A stretch of 64,000 nucleotides of DNA from an uncultured Methanolobus sp. (GTDB lineage: Archaea; Halobacteriota; Methanosarcinia; Methanosarcinales; Methanosarcinaceae). The number at the start of each line of letters is the position of its first letter. Position 1 is the stretch's first letter. The translations under genes and the position numbers were made by a program. Positions 9,008 through 17,295 of the stretch are shown here, piece by piece. The stretch lies in the NCBI GenBank assembly GCA_963675495.1, contig OY776215.1:32001-96000 (forward strand), read 5' to 3'. A model generated the notes under the pieces. That model was given only the letters and a program-made list of their open reading frames with translations, did no database searches and was not told where the DNA came from.

Positions 9008-10045
9008 ATGGTATCTAATCTTACTGATCTGGCTTACATAGGTTTTGCATCAGTTCAGGAGTATCTTGCACTCCACGTACTCCTGTGCCTGATACCTGCC
9101 TTTTTCCTGGCAGGTGCAATAGCATCGCTCTTCTCGAAAGAGTCCGTCCTGAAATTCTTCGGAGCTGACGCACCGAAATATGTTTCCTATACAGTTGCCG
9201 CTGTCTCCGGCTGTCTTCTGGCCGTATGCAGTTGTACCGTACTGCCCCTTTTTGCAGGAATATACAAAAGAGGTGCCGGTATCGGTCCCGCAACAACGTT
9301 CCTGTTCTCGGCCCCGGCTATTAACATACTTGCCATAGTCTACACTGCCAAGATACTCGGCTATGACCTTGGTGTTGCAAGGGCTGTGATCGCCATAACC
9401 CTTTCAATTGTCATTGGTCTTGTAATGGCCTTCATATATGAAAGGAACAATGGTGAAAGAAAGACCATTAAAACATTCGGTGAAGAGAAACATGCTCACA
9501 CTGTATGGCTGTTCCTTTTGCTCCTGGCAATCCTCGTAACACCTGAGATCTTCCCAACATGGAACCCCATGCTCTTCATTGAGATCCCATTGATACTTAT
9601 CACAATATATGTTTCCCTCAAGTGGTTCGACAGGGATGAACTGGAGAGCTGGATGGGAGAGACATGGTTCCTTATAAAGCAGATCACACCCCTGCTAATT
9701 ATAGGTGTGTTCTTTGCAGGCATCATTGTGGAGCTTCTTCCGGCAGAATACGTTGTGAAATATGTAGGAGGTGCCAGTGCTGGTTCCTATGTTATTGCAT
9801 CCGTATCAGCAGCCCTGATGTACTTCTCCACACTCACAGAGGTTCCTATAATAAGTGCACTCACCCTTCTGGGTATGGGTAAAGGTCCGGCACTGGCAAT
9901 GCTCCTTGCAGGTCCTGCTCTTAGTCTGCCGAATATGATAGTCATAAGCAGGATAATGGGTCTGCAGAAAGGTATGACGTATATCTCACTGGTAGTTGTG
10001 ATATCTGCCATATCTGGATATGTCTTTGGTATGTATATTATGTGA
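9008..10045 (+). CDS. ArsP/DUF318-family permease
   Basis: 345 aa multi-TM; LAVCSCTVLPLF, FLFSAPAIN, YFSTLTEVPI, LLAGPALSLP motifs. Confidence 0.85.
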   Translation: MVSNLTDLAYIGFASVQEYLALHVLLCLIPAFFLAGAIASLFSKESVLKFFGADAPKYVSYTVAAVSGCLLAVCSCTVLPLFAGIYKRGAGIGPATTFLFSAPAINILAIVYTAKILGYDLGVARAVIAITLSIVIGLVMAFIYERNNGERKTIKTFGEEKHAHTVWLFLLLLAILVTPEIFPTWNPMLFIEIPLILITIYVSLKWFDRDELESWMGETWFLIKQITPLLIIGVFFAGIIVELLPAEYVVKYVGGASAGSYVIASVSAALMYFSTLTEVPIISALTLLGMGKGPALAMLLAGPALSLPNMIVISRIMGLQKGMTYISLVVVISAISGYVFGMYIM

Positions 10046-10079
10046 TCACATAATCGAATAGAAAAGGTTTAACGATAAC

Positions 10080-10769
10080 ATGAAAATACTGCTGATATCC
10101 GATATTCATGGTAATAAGGAAGCACTTGATACAGTGCTGCAAGTCCCGCATGACATGGTCATGTGTCTTGGTGACCTTGCTGACTATGGTCCCTCTCCAT
10201 CCGAATGCATAGACCACATAATGCAGCAGGGGATAGAGACTGTCCTTGGTAACCACGATGCTGCCGTAGGTTCCAGGATGGAGTGTGGCTGTGGCTACAA
10301 GTACAAGCACCTTTCAGTTGCTACTAGAGACTATACCTGGGAGAACACAACAGAGGAGCAGATGGCATTCCTTCGTCAGCTTCCATTCAGTCTTGAAAAA
10401 GAGATTGATGGACTGAAGCTGTACTTCACCCACGGAAGTCCGCGTTCGAATTACGAATACATAAAACCGGAAACATCGGAAGAAGATCTTGAGGATATGG
10501 TATCTGATATCGATGCAGATGTGTTATTCATAGGTCATTCACATGTTCCTTTTGTAAGAACGCATAAGGATATGCTGGTAATTAACCCCGGCTCGGCCGG
10601 TCAGCCACGTGATGGGGATTGGCAAGCAAGTTGTGCTGTGTTCGACACTTGCACCAAGGAAACAGAGTTCATACGCCTTGAGTATGATATGTATCGTACC
10701 TGTGCGAAGATAGAGGTTAACATGCCTAACGCTGATGAACTGACAGCTATATTAAAGAGAGGATACTGA
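10080..10769 (+). CDS. Calcineurin-like metallophosphoesterase (ars-cluster type, with CGC motif)
   Basis: DIHGN, LGDL.DYGP, GNHD, HGSP, GHSH, NPGS motifs; extra ECGCG. Confidence 0.85.
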   Translation: MKILLISDIHGNKEALDTVLQVPHDMVMCLGDLADYGPSPSECIDHIMQQGIETVLGNHDAAVGSRMECGCGYKYKHLSVATRDYTWENTTEEQMAFLRQLPFSLEKEIDGLKLYFTHGSPRSNYEYIKPETSEEDLEDMVSDIDADVLFIGHSHVPFVRTHKDMLVINPGSAGQPRDGDWQASCAVFDTCTKETEFIRLEYDMYRTCAKIEVNMPNADELTAILKRGY

Positions 10770-10813
10770 TATTCTCCTGTTAAGTTAGTTTCAAAATAAG
10801 GAGTATTTACAAA

Positions 10814-10996
10814 ATGGTGCTCATTACTGTTAAAGGTGACAAATGTACTGGCTGTGGTTCATGTGTAGATGCATGTCAGAATAACGTCCTTGAAATAAAG
10901 GATGGGATATGTTTTGCGGCAAGGCCGAGTCTATGCAAGTATTGTATTGATTGTGTGAGATCCTGCGACTTTCATGCTATAAACGTGATTATTTAA
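10814..10996 (+). CDS. 2x[4Fe-4S] ferredoxin
   Basis: CTGCGSCVDAC and CKYCIDCVRSC; AGGAG RBS. Confidence 0.85.
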   Translation: MVLITVKGDKCTGCGSCVDACQNNVLEIKDGICFAARPSLCKYCIDCVRSCDFHAINVII

Positions 10997-11013
10997 ATTA
11001 AAGAGATGAAAAT

Positions 11014-11247
11014 ATGAAAATAGAGATATTAGGTACCGGTTGTCCTAAATGCAACAAGACGAAGAAGTTCGTTGAACAGGCTGTTGAGCAAGCAGGTGTT
11101 GATGCTGAGATCGTTAAGGTTGAGGATATGGATGGTATACTTGCATATGGTGTGCTAATTACTCCTGCTGTCGTTGTAGACGGCGATGTAAAGATCGTTG
11201 GCAGGGTGCCAAAGGTAGATGAGGTTATTGAATGGATAACACAGTAA
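11014..11247 (+). CDS. MTH895-like small redox-active disulfide (thioredoxin-fold) protein
   Basis: MKIEILGTGCPKC...YGVLITPAVVVDG..G. Confidence 0.9.
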   Translation: MKIEILGTGCPKCNKTKKFVEQAVEQAGVDAEIVKVEDMDGILAYGVLITPAVVVDGDVKIVGRVPKVDEVIEWITQ

Positions 11248-11252
11248 TACCT

Positions 11253-11627
11253 ATGTCTGAGAATGCAAAGTGTTCATGTGGTGCTTCCATTGTAGGAATA
11301 TTCCCATGTGCCGGTGCGTCAAATGTCGGTCAGTTAAGCAATGCCGTTGCAGTTGAATTACATAAGCAAGGCGTTGGTAATATGATGTGTACTGTAGGGG
11401 TCGGTGGCAAAATAAACGGTCTTCTTAAGTCTGCAGAAGGCTGCGAGTCCATCATTGTAATCGATGGTTGCCCTCTTAAATGTGCAAAAGCAACAATGGA
11501 AAATGCAGGTATTCCAATTGGAAAACACATACTTCTGACTGATCTGGATATAAAAAAGAACAAGGATCTTGACCTTGACCCCACACAGGTTAAGGAATTT
11601 TTGTCTAAAGTATCGGAGCTGCTCTAA
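11253..11627 (+). CDS. DGC-domain putative zinc-binding protein
   Basis: CAGASNVGQ, MMC, IDGCPLKCA motifs; ATG at 11253 follows the thioredoxin stop. Confidence 0.85.
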   Translation: MSENAKCSCGASIVGIFPCAGASNVGQLSNAVAVELHKQGVGNMMCTVGVGGKINGLLKSAEGCESIIVIDGCPLKCAKATMENAGIPIGKHILLTDLDIKKNKDLDLDPTQVKEFLSKVSELL

Positions 11628-11650
11628 AGCAGCTTCCACTAAATATTTTC

Positions 11651-12139
11651 TTATATTTCTACGATCTCAACACCAAGTTCAGGATCAAGAAGTGCCACAG
11701 TGCGTTTACCGGTGAGAACTCCGGCAGTCTCGCCCGGATTTATCAGTAAAGTGTCATTTATTTTAGTGACACCAGCATGATGCGTATGTCCCCTGACAAC
11801 GATGTCAAAATCTCCTGATTCTGCCATGGCAATAACAGGTGGCTCATATATTCCATGGATAAGTGCAATTCTTTTTCCGTCTAGTTGCAGGTCACCGAAG
11901 TCACCACAGCATTCAGCACCAATCTCGTCGAATTTCTGCTTCAGGAGTATCCTGTCGCCATCATTGTTCCCAAAAACAAAATACATATCTGCATCCAGTT
12001 TGCTGAAAGCTGTTGCTGTGAAAGGGGAAATTATATCTCCTGCATGAAGAACAGTTTTGACCTTCTTCCTGTTGAATAACTCAACGGCAGCCTTGATGGC
12101 ATCCATGTTATCATGTGAATCACTCATAATCCCTATCAT
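11651..12139 (-). CDS. YfcE/MJ0936-family metallophosphodiesterase
   Basis: SDSHDN, HAGD, GNND, HG, GHTH, NPGE motifs. Confidence 0.9.
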   Translation of the reverse strand: MIGIMSDSHDNMDAIKAAVELFNRKKVKTVLHAGDIISPFTATAFSKLDADMYFVFGNNDGDRILLKQKFDEIGAECCGDFGDLQLDGKRIALIHGIYEPPVIAMAESGDFDIVVRGHTHHAGVTKINDTLLINPGETAGVLTGKRTVALLDPELGVEIVEI

Positions 12140-12153
12140 TTTTCTACCTCTCT

Positions 12154-12182
12154 TCTTTAAAGAAGGTGTGGACAGGATTTAT
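12154..12182 (+). repeat. 29-bp direct repeat, left copy
   Basis: TCTTTAAAGAAGGTGTGGACAGGATTTAT, identical to 22895-22923. Confidence 0.95.
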
Positions 12183-12283
12183 TCTTTCGCTAACAAATTT
12201 CCATATTTTGAAAGACATATATTTTGCTATTGATTTGCCTATATTTATGTGCAGAATTATTCATATATTTAACTTTAAAGATA

Positions 12284-12319
12284 AGATGTATTAGGAAATG
12301 AATACCTATAAATACATCT
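12284..12319. promoter_or_regulatory. Inverted repeat upstream of cbiZ
   Basis: AGATGTATT-N18-AATACATCT just downstream of a TTTAAAG TATA-like element. Confidence 0.4.
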
Positions 12320-12384
12320 CAGCTTCATCACTTAAATGGTCGATTATAAAATCAGTATGGAAACACGGGGAAGAATGATTAAAC

Positions 12385-13575
12385 ATGAGTGGAAAAATCG
12401 AATTGAACACGCCTTTAGAAAGTGATACAGCAGAACAAAAATCAATTGATGGAAATGATAAGCAATTCTTATGGCAAACTTCTACCGGTGAGCGTGTATT
12501 CCGCCATAATAATTCAATAATTATTGAATTACCATCGGGAAGAAGTACACTTACAACTTCATGGCTGAACGGTGGATACAGGGAAGACCTGAGATACATC
12601 TATAATCATCAGGTACTCCATGAGTGTGATGATTCACATGACACTGCATCTTTGGAGGGAGGGGACATATCAACTTATGCTTCAATAATCGCTGATAGAC
12701 TGGGATTGGAATCTGCATACTCCACCGGATTAATGACTGCAGCTAACATGCAAAATGTGGCAATATCAACTCATAGTTTCCGGGATTTAGAAGTAACAGC
12801 AGTCATCACAGGGGGAATAGAGATAAATGGGGGAAGAGCCGGAGACCCTGCTTCTTATTATCAGGAAGATGGACAGATCAAAATGATACCCGGTACCATA
12901 AACATTATTTTGCTCATCGGTGCCAATATCCCACACTACGCCATGGTAAATGCAGTTGTAACCGCAACTGAAGCCAAGACAGTTGCAATCCAGCAATTGA
13001 TGGCACAAAGTCAATATTCAGAAGGTATAGCCACAGGATCTGGAACCGATATGATAGCTGTCGTAGGCGATAAAACAAGTCCGATACATTTAAATGACGC
13101 TGGAAAACACTCCAAACTTGGAGAACTTATTGGAAAGTGCGTCATTGGAGCCACTCAAAAAGCACTTGCACAACAATCAGATCTTACTCCTCATTCCCAA
13201 TGTAATATGCTGGTACGTCTTGAAAGATTTGGTGTTGATGAAGATAAATACTGGAAAGCAGCTTCAGAAATGGAAGGAGAGAATCGCAAGGCTCAATTTA
13301 TAAGCGAACTAAGAATACTGGCAAAAAACCCTGGATTTGTTGCTACTACTTCATCTTTATTGCATATCGTCGATGAAATCGCATGGGGCTTGGTACCAGA
13401 AAAAGCCGGGAAACTGGCTGCATTTGCAACGATACGAGGAATTCCAGAAACACTATTAATAGAAGAATATCCTCCTTTTTCCAGGCTTCTCGATGAAAAA
13501 GATCCAATAATTGACAACTGGATACGTGTAACTGCATGGATTGCCAAAAATGGAATGTGTGGTGCACCTGAATGA
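12385..13575 (+). CDS. cbiZ: Adenosylcobinamide amidohydrolase
   Basis: TSWLNGGYR, GLMTAANM, VTAVITGG..NG.RAGDPA, GTINIIL, TATEAK, ATGSGTD, GKHSKLGELIG. Confidence 0.9.
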   Translation: MSGKIELNTPLESDTAEQKSIDGNDKQFLWQTSTGERVFRHNNSIIIELPSGRSTLTTSWLNGGYREDLRYIYNHQVLHECDDSHDTASLEGGDISTYASIIADRLGLESAYSTGLMTAANMQNVAISTHSFRDLEVTAVITGGIEINGGRAGDPASYYQEDGQIKMIPGTINIILLIGANIPHYAMVNAVVTATEAKTVAIQQLMAQSQYSEGIATGSGTDMIAVVGDKTSPIHLNDAGKHSKLGELIGKCVIGATQKALAQQSDLTPHSQCNMLVRLERFGVDEDKYWKAASEMEGENRKAQFISELRILAKNPGFVATTSSLLHIVDEIAWGLVPEKAGKLAAFATIRGIPETLLIEEYPPFSRLLDEKDPIIDNWIRVTAWIAKNGMCGAPE

Positions 13576-14015
13576 AAAAAGAAAAACCTTTTTATCTTTT
13601 CACTTTTATAAGCAGGCAATAAGCTATAAAGAAGGCTCTGTTGTTCAATGTGATCTCTCCTGGAATTGTCGCCTGATTTCCTATAGGATCTCGATAAATG
13701 AGACACAAAATTCCCACTAAAATCAAGTGCTTAAGACAAGTTTTCCATTAATTCAAGCGTTCTTTTTCATGAGTGTTTGCGGGCAGGTATAGCATGTATG
13801 TAGAAATTTTTATCCTTGTTAATTTGATTTACACCGCATGAAATTTCCAAAATATTTCTGTACATAATGAATATTACATGCTCATTTTTTTTTGTTTCTG
13901 TTAGGACGTTTTCTCTGGATTCTCATCATAATGGATAACATATGTAAATATAACACAATGCTTTTATACACATATCTAATTAGTTATTCTCTAAAGTGCT
14001 AACAAGGAAATTACC

Positions 14016-15092
14016 ATGCTAAAAAGAATTCCTATTATTCTGGTCGTTACATTTCTGTTGCTTGTATCAAATGTTCAAGCATCAGACAACAATACAGTGG
14101 AATACCCAATAACCATCACCGATTTATCAGGTGCCAAGATTACGATTGAAAAGGAACCAAGGCGTATTGTATCACTGATGCCAAGTATAACTGAAATATT
14201 ATTCACAGTTGGTGCCGGAGACAAAATGGTTGGGGGTACTGAAGATGACATGTATCCACCCGAAGCCATCAACCTAACTAAAGTTGGAAGGTACACTACC
14301 ATCAATTATGAAACGGTTGCACAACTTGAACCTGATCTAGTAATACTTGATGAAGCAAATGGGGAGGAAACGATCAAACGTCTTGAAGAGCTTGATATAC
14401 AAACCATAATCATCAATCCAAAAACAATAGATGAGATCATAGAAAGTGTCCTCATTTTAGGAACGGTCACGAATAACGGAGAAACCGCACAGGATATAGC
14501 CGATGATATGAGGCAGATCGTCAATGAAGTAAAAGAAAGTACCAGCGACATACCTGATGAAAATAAACCCAAAGTTCTTTATATAGTATGGGATAATCCG
14601 ATGTATGCGGCAGGAGCAAATACTTACCCGAATGACCTGATTTCCATGGCCGGAGGAAAGAATATTGTTGAAGCAAGTGACTGGCCAATCATTAACATCG
14701 AAAATGTCGTTGATGCCAATCCACAAATAATAATATGTTCCGGAATGGGAGGACTATCCTATCAAATAATGAACAATACAAAAAACAACGAAGCACTTGA
14801 AACAATAGATGCAATCAAAAATGATCGGGTGTATCCAATTCATGATCCTAACCTCATAGAGCTATCCGGTCCCAGGATAGTTCAAGGACTCGAAGAACTA
14901 AATCTATACATGGGGTCCAGATGGGAACAAAAAGATTATAAAATCCTGACCAATGCCAGTCAGACACAGGCAGATACTACAGACGGTGGAGCTGAAGATA
15001 ATGGAAAGACAGCTGCACAAGCACCTGGCTTTGAAGTTTTTTGTGCGAGCTGCATGTTGATTCTTGGATTTATTGTACATAAGCGATACTAA
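14016..15092 (+). CDS. btuF: BtuF-like cobalamin/Fe-siderophore ABC substrate-binding protein with PGF-CTERM anchor
   Basis: YPITITD, EPRRIVSLMPSITEILF, LEPDLVI, GPRIVQGLEEL; C-terminal APGF + TM + HKRY; follows cbiZ. Confidence 0.8.
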   Translation: MLKRIPIILVVTFLLLVSNVQASDNNTVEYPITITDLSGAKITIEKEPRRIVSLMPSITEILFTVGAGDKMVGGTEDDMYPPEAINLTKVGRYTTINYETVAQLEPDLVILDEANGEETIKRLEELDIQTIIINPKTIDEIIESVLILGTVTNNGETAQDIADDMRQIVNEVKESTSDIPDENKPKVLYIVWDNPMYAAGANTYPNDLISMAGGKNIVEASDWPIINIENVVDANPQIIICSGMGGLSYQIMNNTKNNEALETIDAIKNDRVYPIHDPNLIELSGPRIVQGLEELNLYMGSRWEQKDYKILTNASQTQADTTDGGAEDNGKTAAQAPGFEVFCASCMLILGFIVHKRY

Positions 15093-15120
15093 TACAGATT
15101 CAATATAAGGAATATTAAAA

Positions 15121-16284
15121 ATGCCTAAGTTAAATGGTTCCGTAAAAAGTTTGATATTTGCATTAGTTGCAATCCTTTTGGTCGTATTGGTTAGCAATAC
15201 TGCTATTGGAACCACTTATATACCGTCACTTCTGACAGCAAAGATAATCTACATAAACCTGCTTGAATTGATCGAAGAGACAATATCATGGGTAGCGTCA
15301 CTTACAGGTAATTCTCTCGAACTTTCTGATATTTTCAACAGGATTGCACCTGATCGCACATGGACCGATGGTCAGGAAATGATTATTGTAGGAATTCGGC
15401 TACCTCGCGTACTACTCGCTGCACTTGTGGGAGCAGCACTTGCTACTGCCGGGTGTACTATGCAAGGACTGCTGAAGAACCCACTTGCAGACCCTTATAT
15501 TATAGGAATGTCTTCCGGTGCAGCCCTTGGTGCAGCCATTGGTTTTACACTACTTTTACCAACGCAGTTGCTATCATTTATTGTTGCCACGATTACAATT
15601 TTCATCGTGTATAACATATCAAAAATTGGCGGAAAGGTTCCAGTAGATACACTACTTCTTGCAGGCATAGCAGTTGGTTTCTTCTTATCAGCACTGACCT
15701 CATTTTTCCTTTTTTTCTCGGAATCACTTCACCAGATAATCTACTGGATGATGGGAGGATTCTGGAATGCAAGCTGGGATAAAGTGAAAATTACAATGAT
15801 CATAGTGTTTGCAGGGATTGGATTATCCTATCGACACTCCTGGAACCTGAACGTTATGTTGCTGGGAGAAGAACAAGCTCAGTCCCTTGGAGTAAACATT
15901 GAAAGTGTAAAAAAGCAAATATTGTTGCTTTCTGCATTGATCACTGCTGCAGCAGTGTCTGTTAGTGGTATTATAGGATTTGTTGGCCTTATCATTCCTC
16001 ACATAATGCGCAACATCGTAGGACCGGATCATAGAAGCCTTTTGCCTGCTTCAACTTTGATGGGAGCTATTTTTTTGGTGATATCAGATACTTTTGCACG
16101 GACATTTCCTACCAAGATGCAGATGGTATTGGAGTCAAATGACATTCTGTTGTTTCAGTTAATACTTGAAAGGGTTGGATCCTTACAGGGAGTGGATCTT
16201 CCAGTAGGCATAATTACCGCTCTTTTTGGAGCTCCTTTTTTTATCTACCTTCTAAGAAAAAGGAGGAAAAGCATCTATGCTTGA
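15121..16284 (+). CDS. btuC: FecCD/BtuC-family ABC permease
   Basis: IRLPRVLLA, QGLLKNPLADPY, GEEQAQSLG, GIIGFVGLIIPH, LPVGIITALFGAPFF. Confidence 0.85.
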   Translation: MPKLNGSVKSLIFALVAILLVVLVSNTAIGTTYIPSLLTAKIIYINLLELIEETISWVASLTGNSLELSDIFNRIAPDRTWTDGQEMIIVGIRLPRVLLAALVGAALATAGCTMQGLLKNPLADPYIIGMSSGAALGAAIGFTLLLPTQLLSFIVATITIFIVYNISKIGGKVPVDTLLLAGIAVGFFLSALTSFFLFFSESLHQIIYWMMGGFWNASWDKVKITMIIVFAGIGLSYRHSWNLNVMLLGEEQAQSLGVNIESVKKQILLLSALITAAAVSVSGIIGFVGLIIPHIMRNIVGPDHRSLLPASTLMGAIFLVISDTFARTFPTKMQMVLESNDILLFQLILERVGSLQGVDLPVGIITALFGAPFFIYLLRKRRKSIYA

Positions 16285-17128
16285 AGCAAATGGTCTTGTC
16301 GTCAGCTACGGTAATCGTCAAATACTCAATGAAGTGGATCTCCATGCAGAACAAGGACAATTCGTTGGCATCATTGGTCCAAATGGTTCAGGTAAGACTA
16401 CCTTGGTAAAGACAATTAACAGGATCATAAAACCAAATGCTGGGGAAATAATAATCGATGGGCGATGTATTGATACGATGAATAACATTGAGATTGCAAA
16501 GAATATTGCCATGGTATCCCAGGTGATATCCATTAACTTCGAGTTTACTGTAGAAGATGTTGTCTTAATGGGTCGTACCCCATACATTAAAAGTGGTGAA
16601 ACACACGAAGATCTTGTAATTGTGCAGGATGCAATGGAAAGGACTAAAATACTTCATCTAAAAAATAGGTTTGTTACACAGCTAAGTGGTGGAGAATTAC
16701 AAAAAGTAATAATTGCCCGTGCACTTGCTCAAAATCCAAAAATACTGCTTCTGGATGAACCAACTTCTCACCTGGACATCACCAACCAGATAGACATATT
16801 GAATCTCGTAAAAGACGCTTCCAGAAAAGGAATGCTTGTCATAGCAGTCATGCATGATCTTAATCTTGCTGCATATTATTGTGACAAACTTTGCCTTATC
16901 CGGGATGGTGATGTAATATCAACCGGGACTCCTGGGGAAGTTCTGACACCGTCCAACATAAAGACCACATATAACATTGACGTGGAGGTTATCAACAATC
17001 AGATCACGAATTCTCTTTATGTCATACCTCTGTTGGAACCACTTGATAAAAACCCCGGCTTTTGCAAAGCGATAGAATGTTCGCATTCGTCTGCAGAATA
17101 TTTGTCATCAAACTCCACTCAGTTATGA
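16277..17128 (+). CDS. btuD: ABC ATPase, FecE/BtuD type
   Basis: GPNGSGKT, LSGGE, LLLDEPTSHLD, MHDLNLA; overlaps the permease stop. Confidence 0.85.
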   Translation: MLEANGLVVSYGNRQILNEVDLHAEQGQFVGIIGPNGSGKTTLVKTINRIIKPNAGEIIIDGRCIDTMNNIEIAKNIAMVSQVISINFEFTVEDVVLMGRTPYIKSGETHEDLVIVQDAMERTKILHLKNRFVTQLSGGELQKVIIARALAQNPKILLLDEPTSHLDITNQIDILNLVKDASRKGMLVIAVMHDLNLAAYYCDKLCLIRDGDVISTGTPGEVLTPSNIKTTYNIDVEVINNQITNSLYVIPLLEPLDKNPGFCKAIECSHSSAEYLSSNSTQL

Positions 17129-17168
17129 GTTTTTTCAACTTAATTGTCTCTGGTTATAATCTTGTATG

Positions 17169-17205
17169 TTATCTAAAACTATCTCATTATTTGTCATTTA
17201 GATAA
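17169..17205. promoter_or_regulatory. Inverted repeat between btuD and the DUF4430 gene (operator or terminator)
   Basis: TTATCTAAA-N19-TTTAGATAA, with outer GGTTAT/ATAACC arms. Confidence 0.35.
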
Positions 17206-17295
17206 TAAACATAACCAAATAGTGAACTTTATATGTAATTAATTTTAATGCTTGTTAATTAATTCATAATATGTCACATATAAAGAGGTATATAC

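Noticed and set aside
13576-14015. Cobalamin riboswitch or hidden gene in the 440-bp gap before btuF (incl. ORF 13293-13706)
   Set aside because: No recognisable B12-box/GGGAA...ACTG core by eye; reading frames are interrupted or overlap cbiZ; an Infernal search would be needed to exclude it fully
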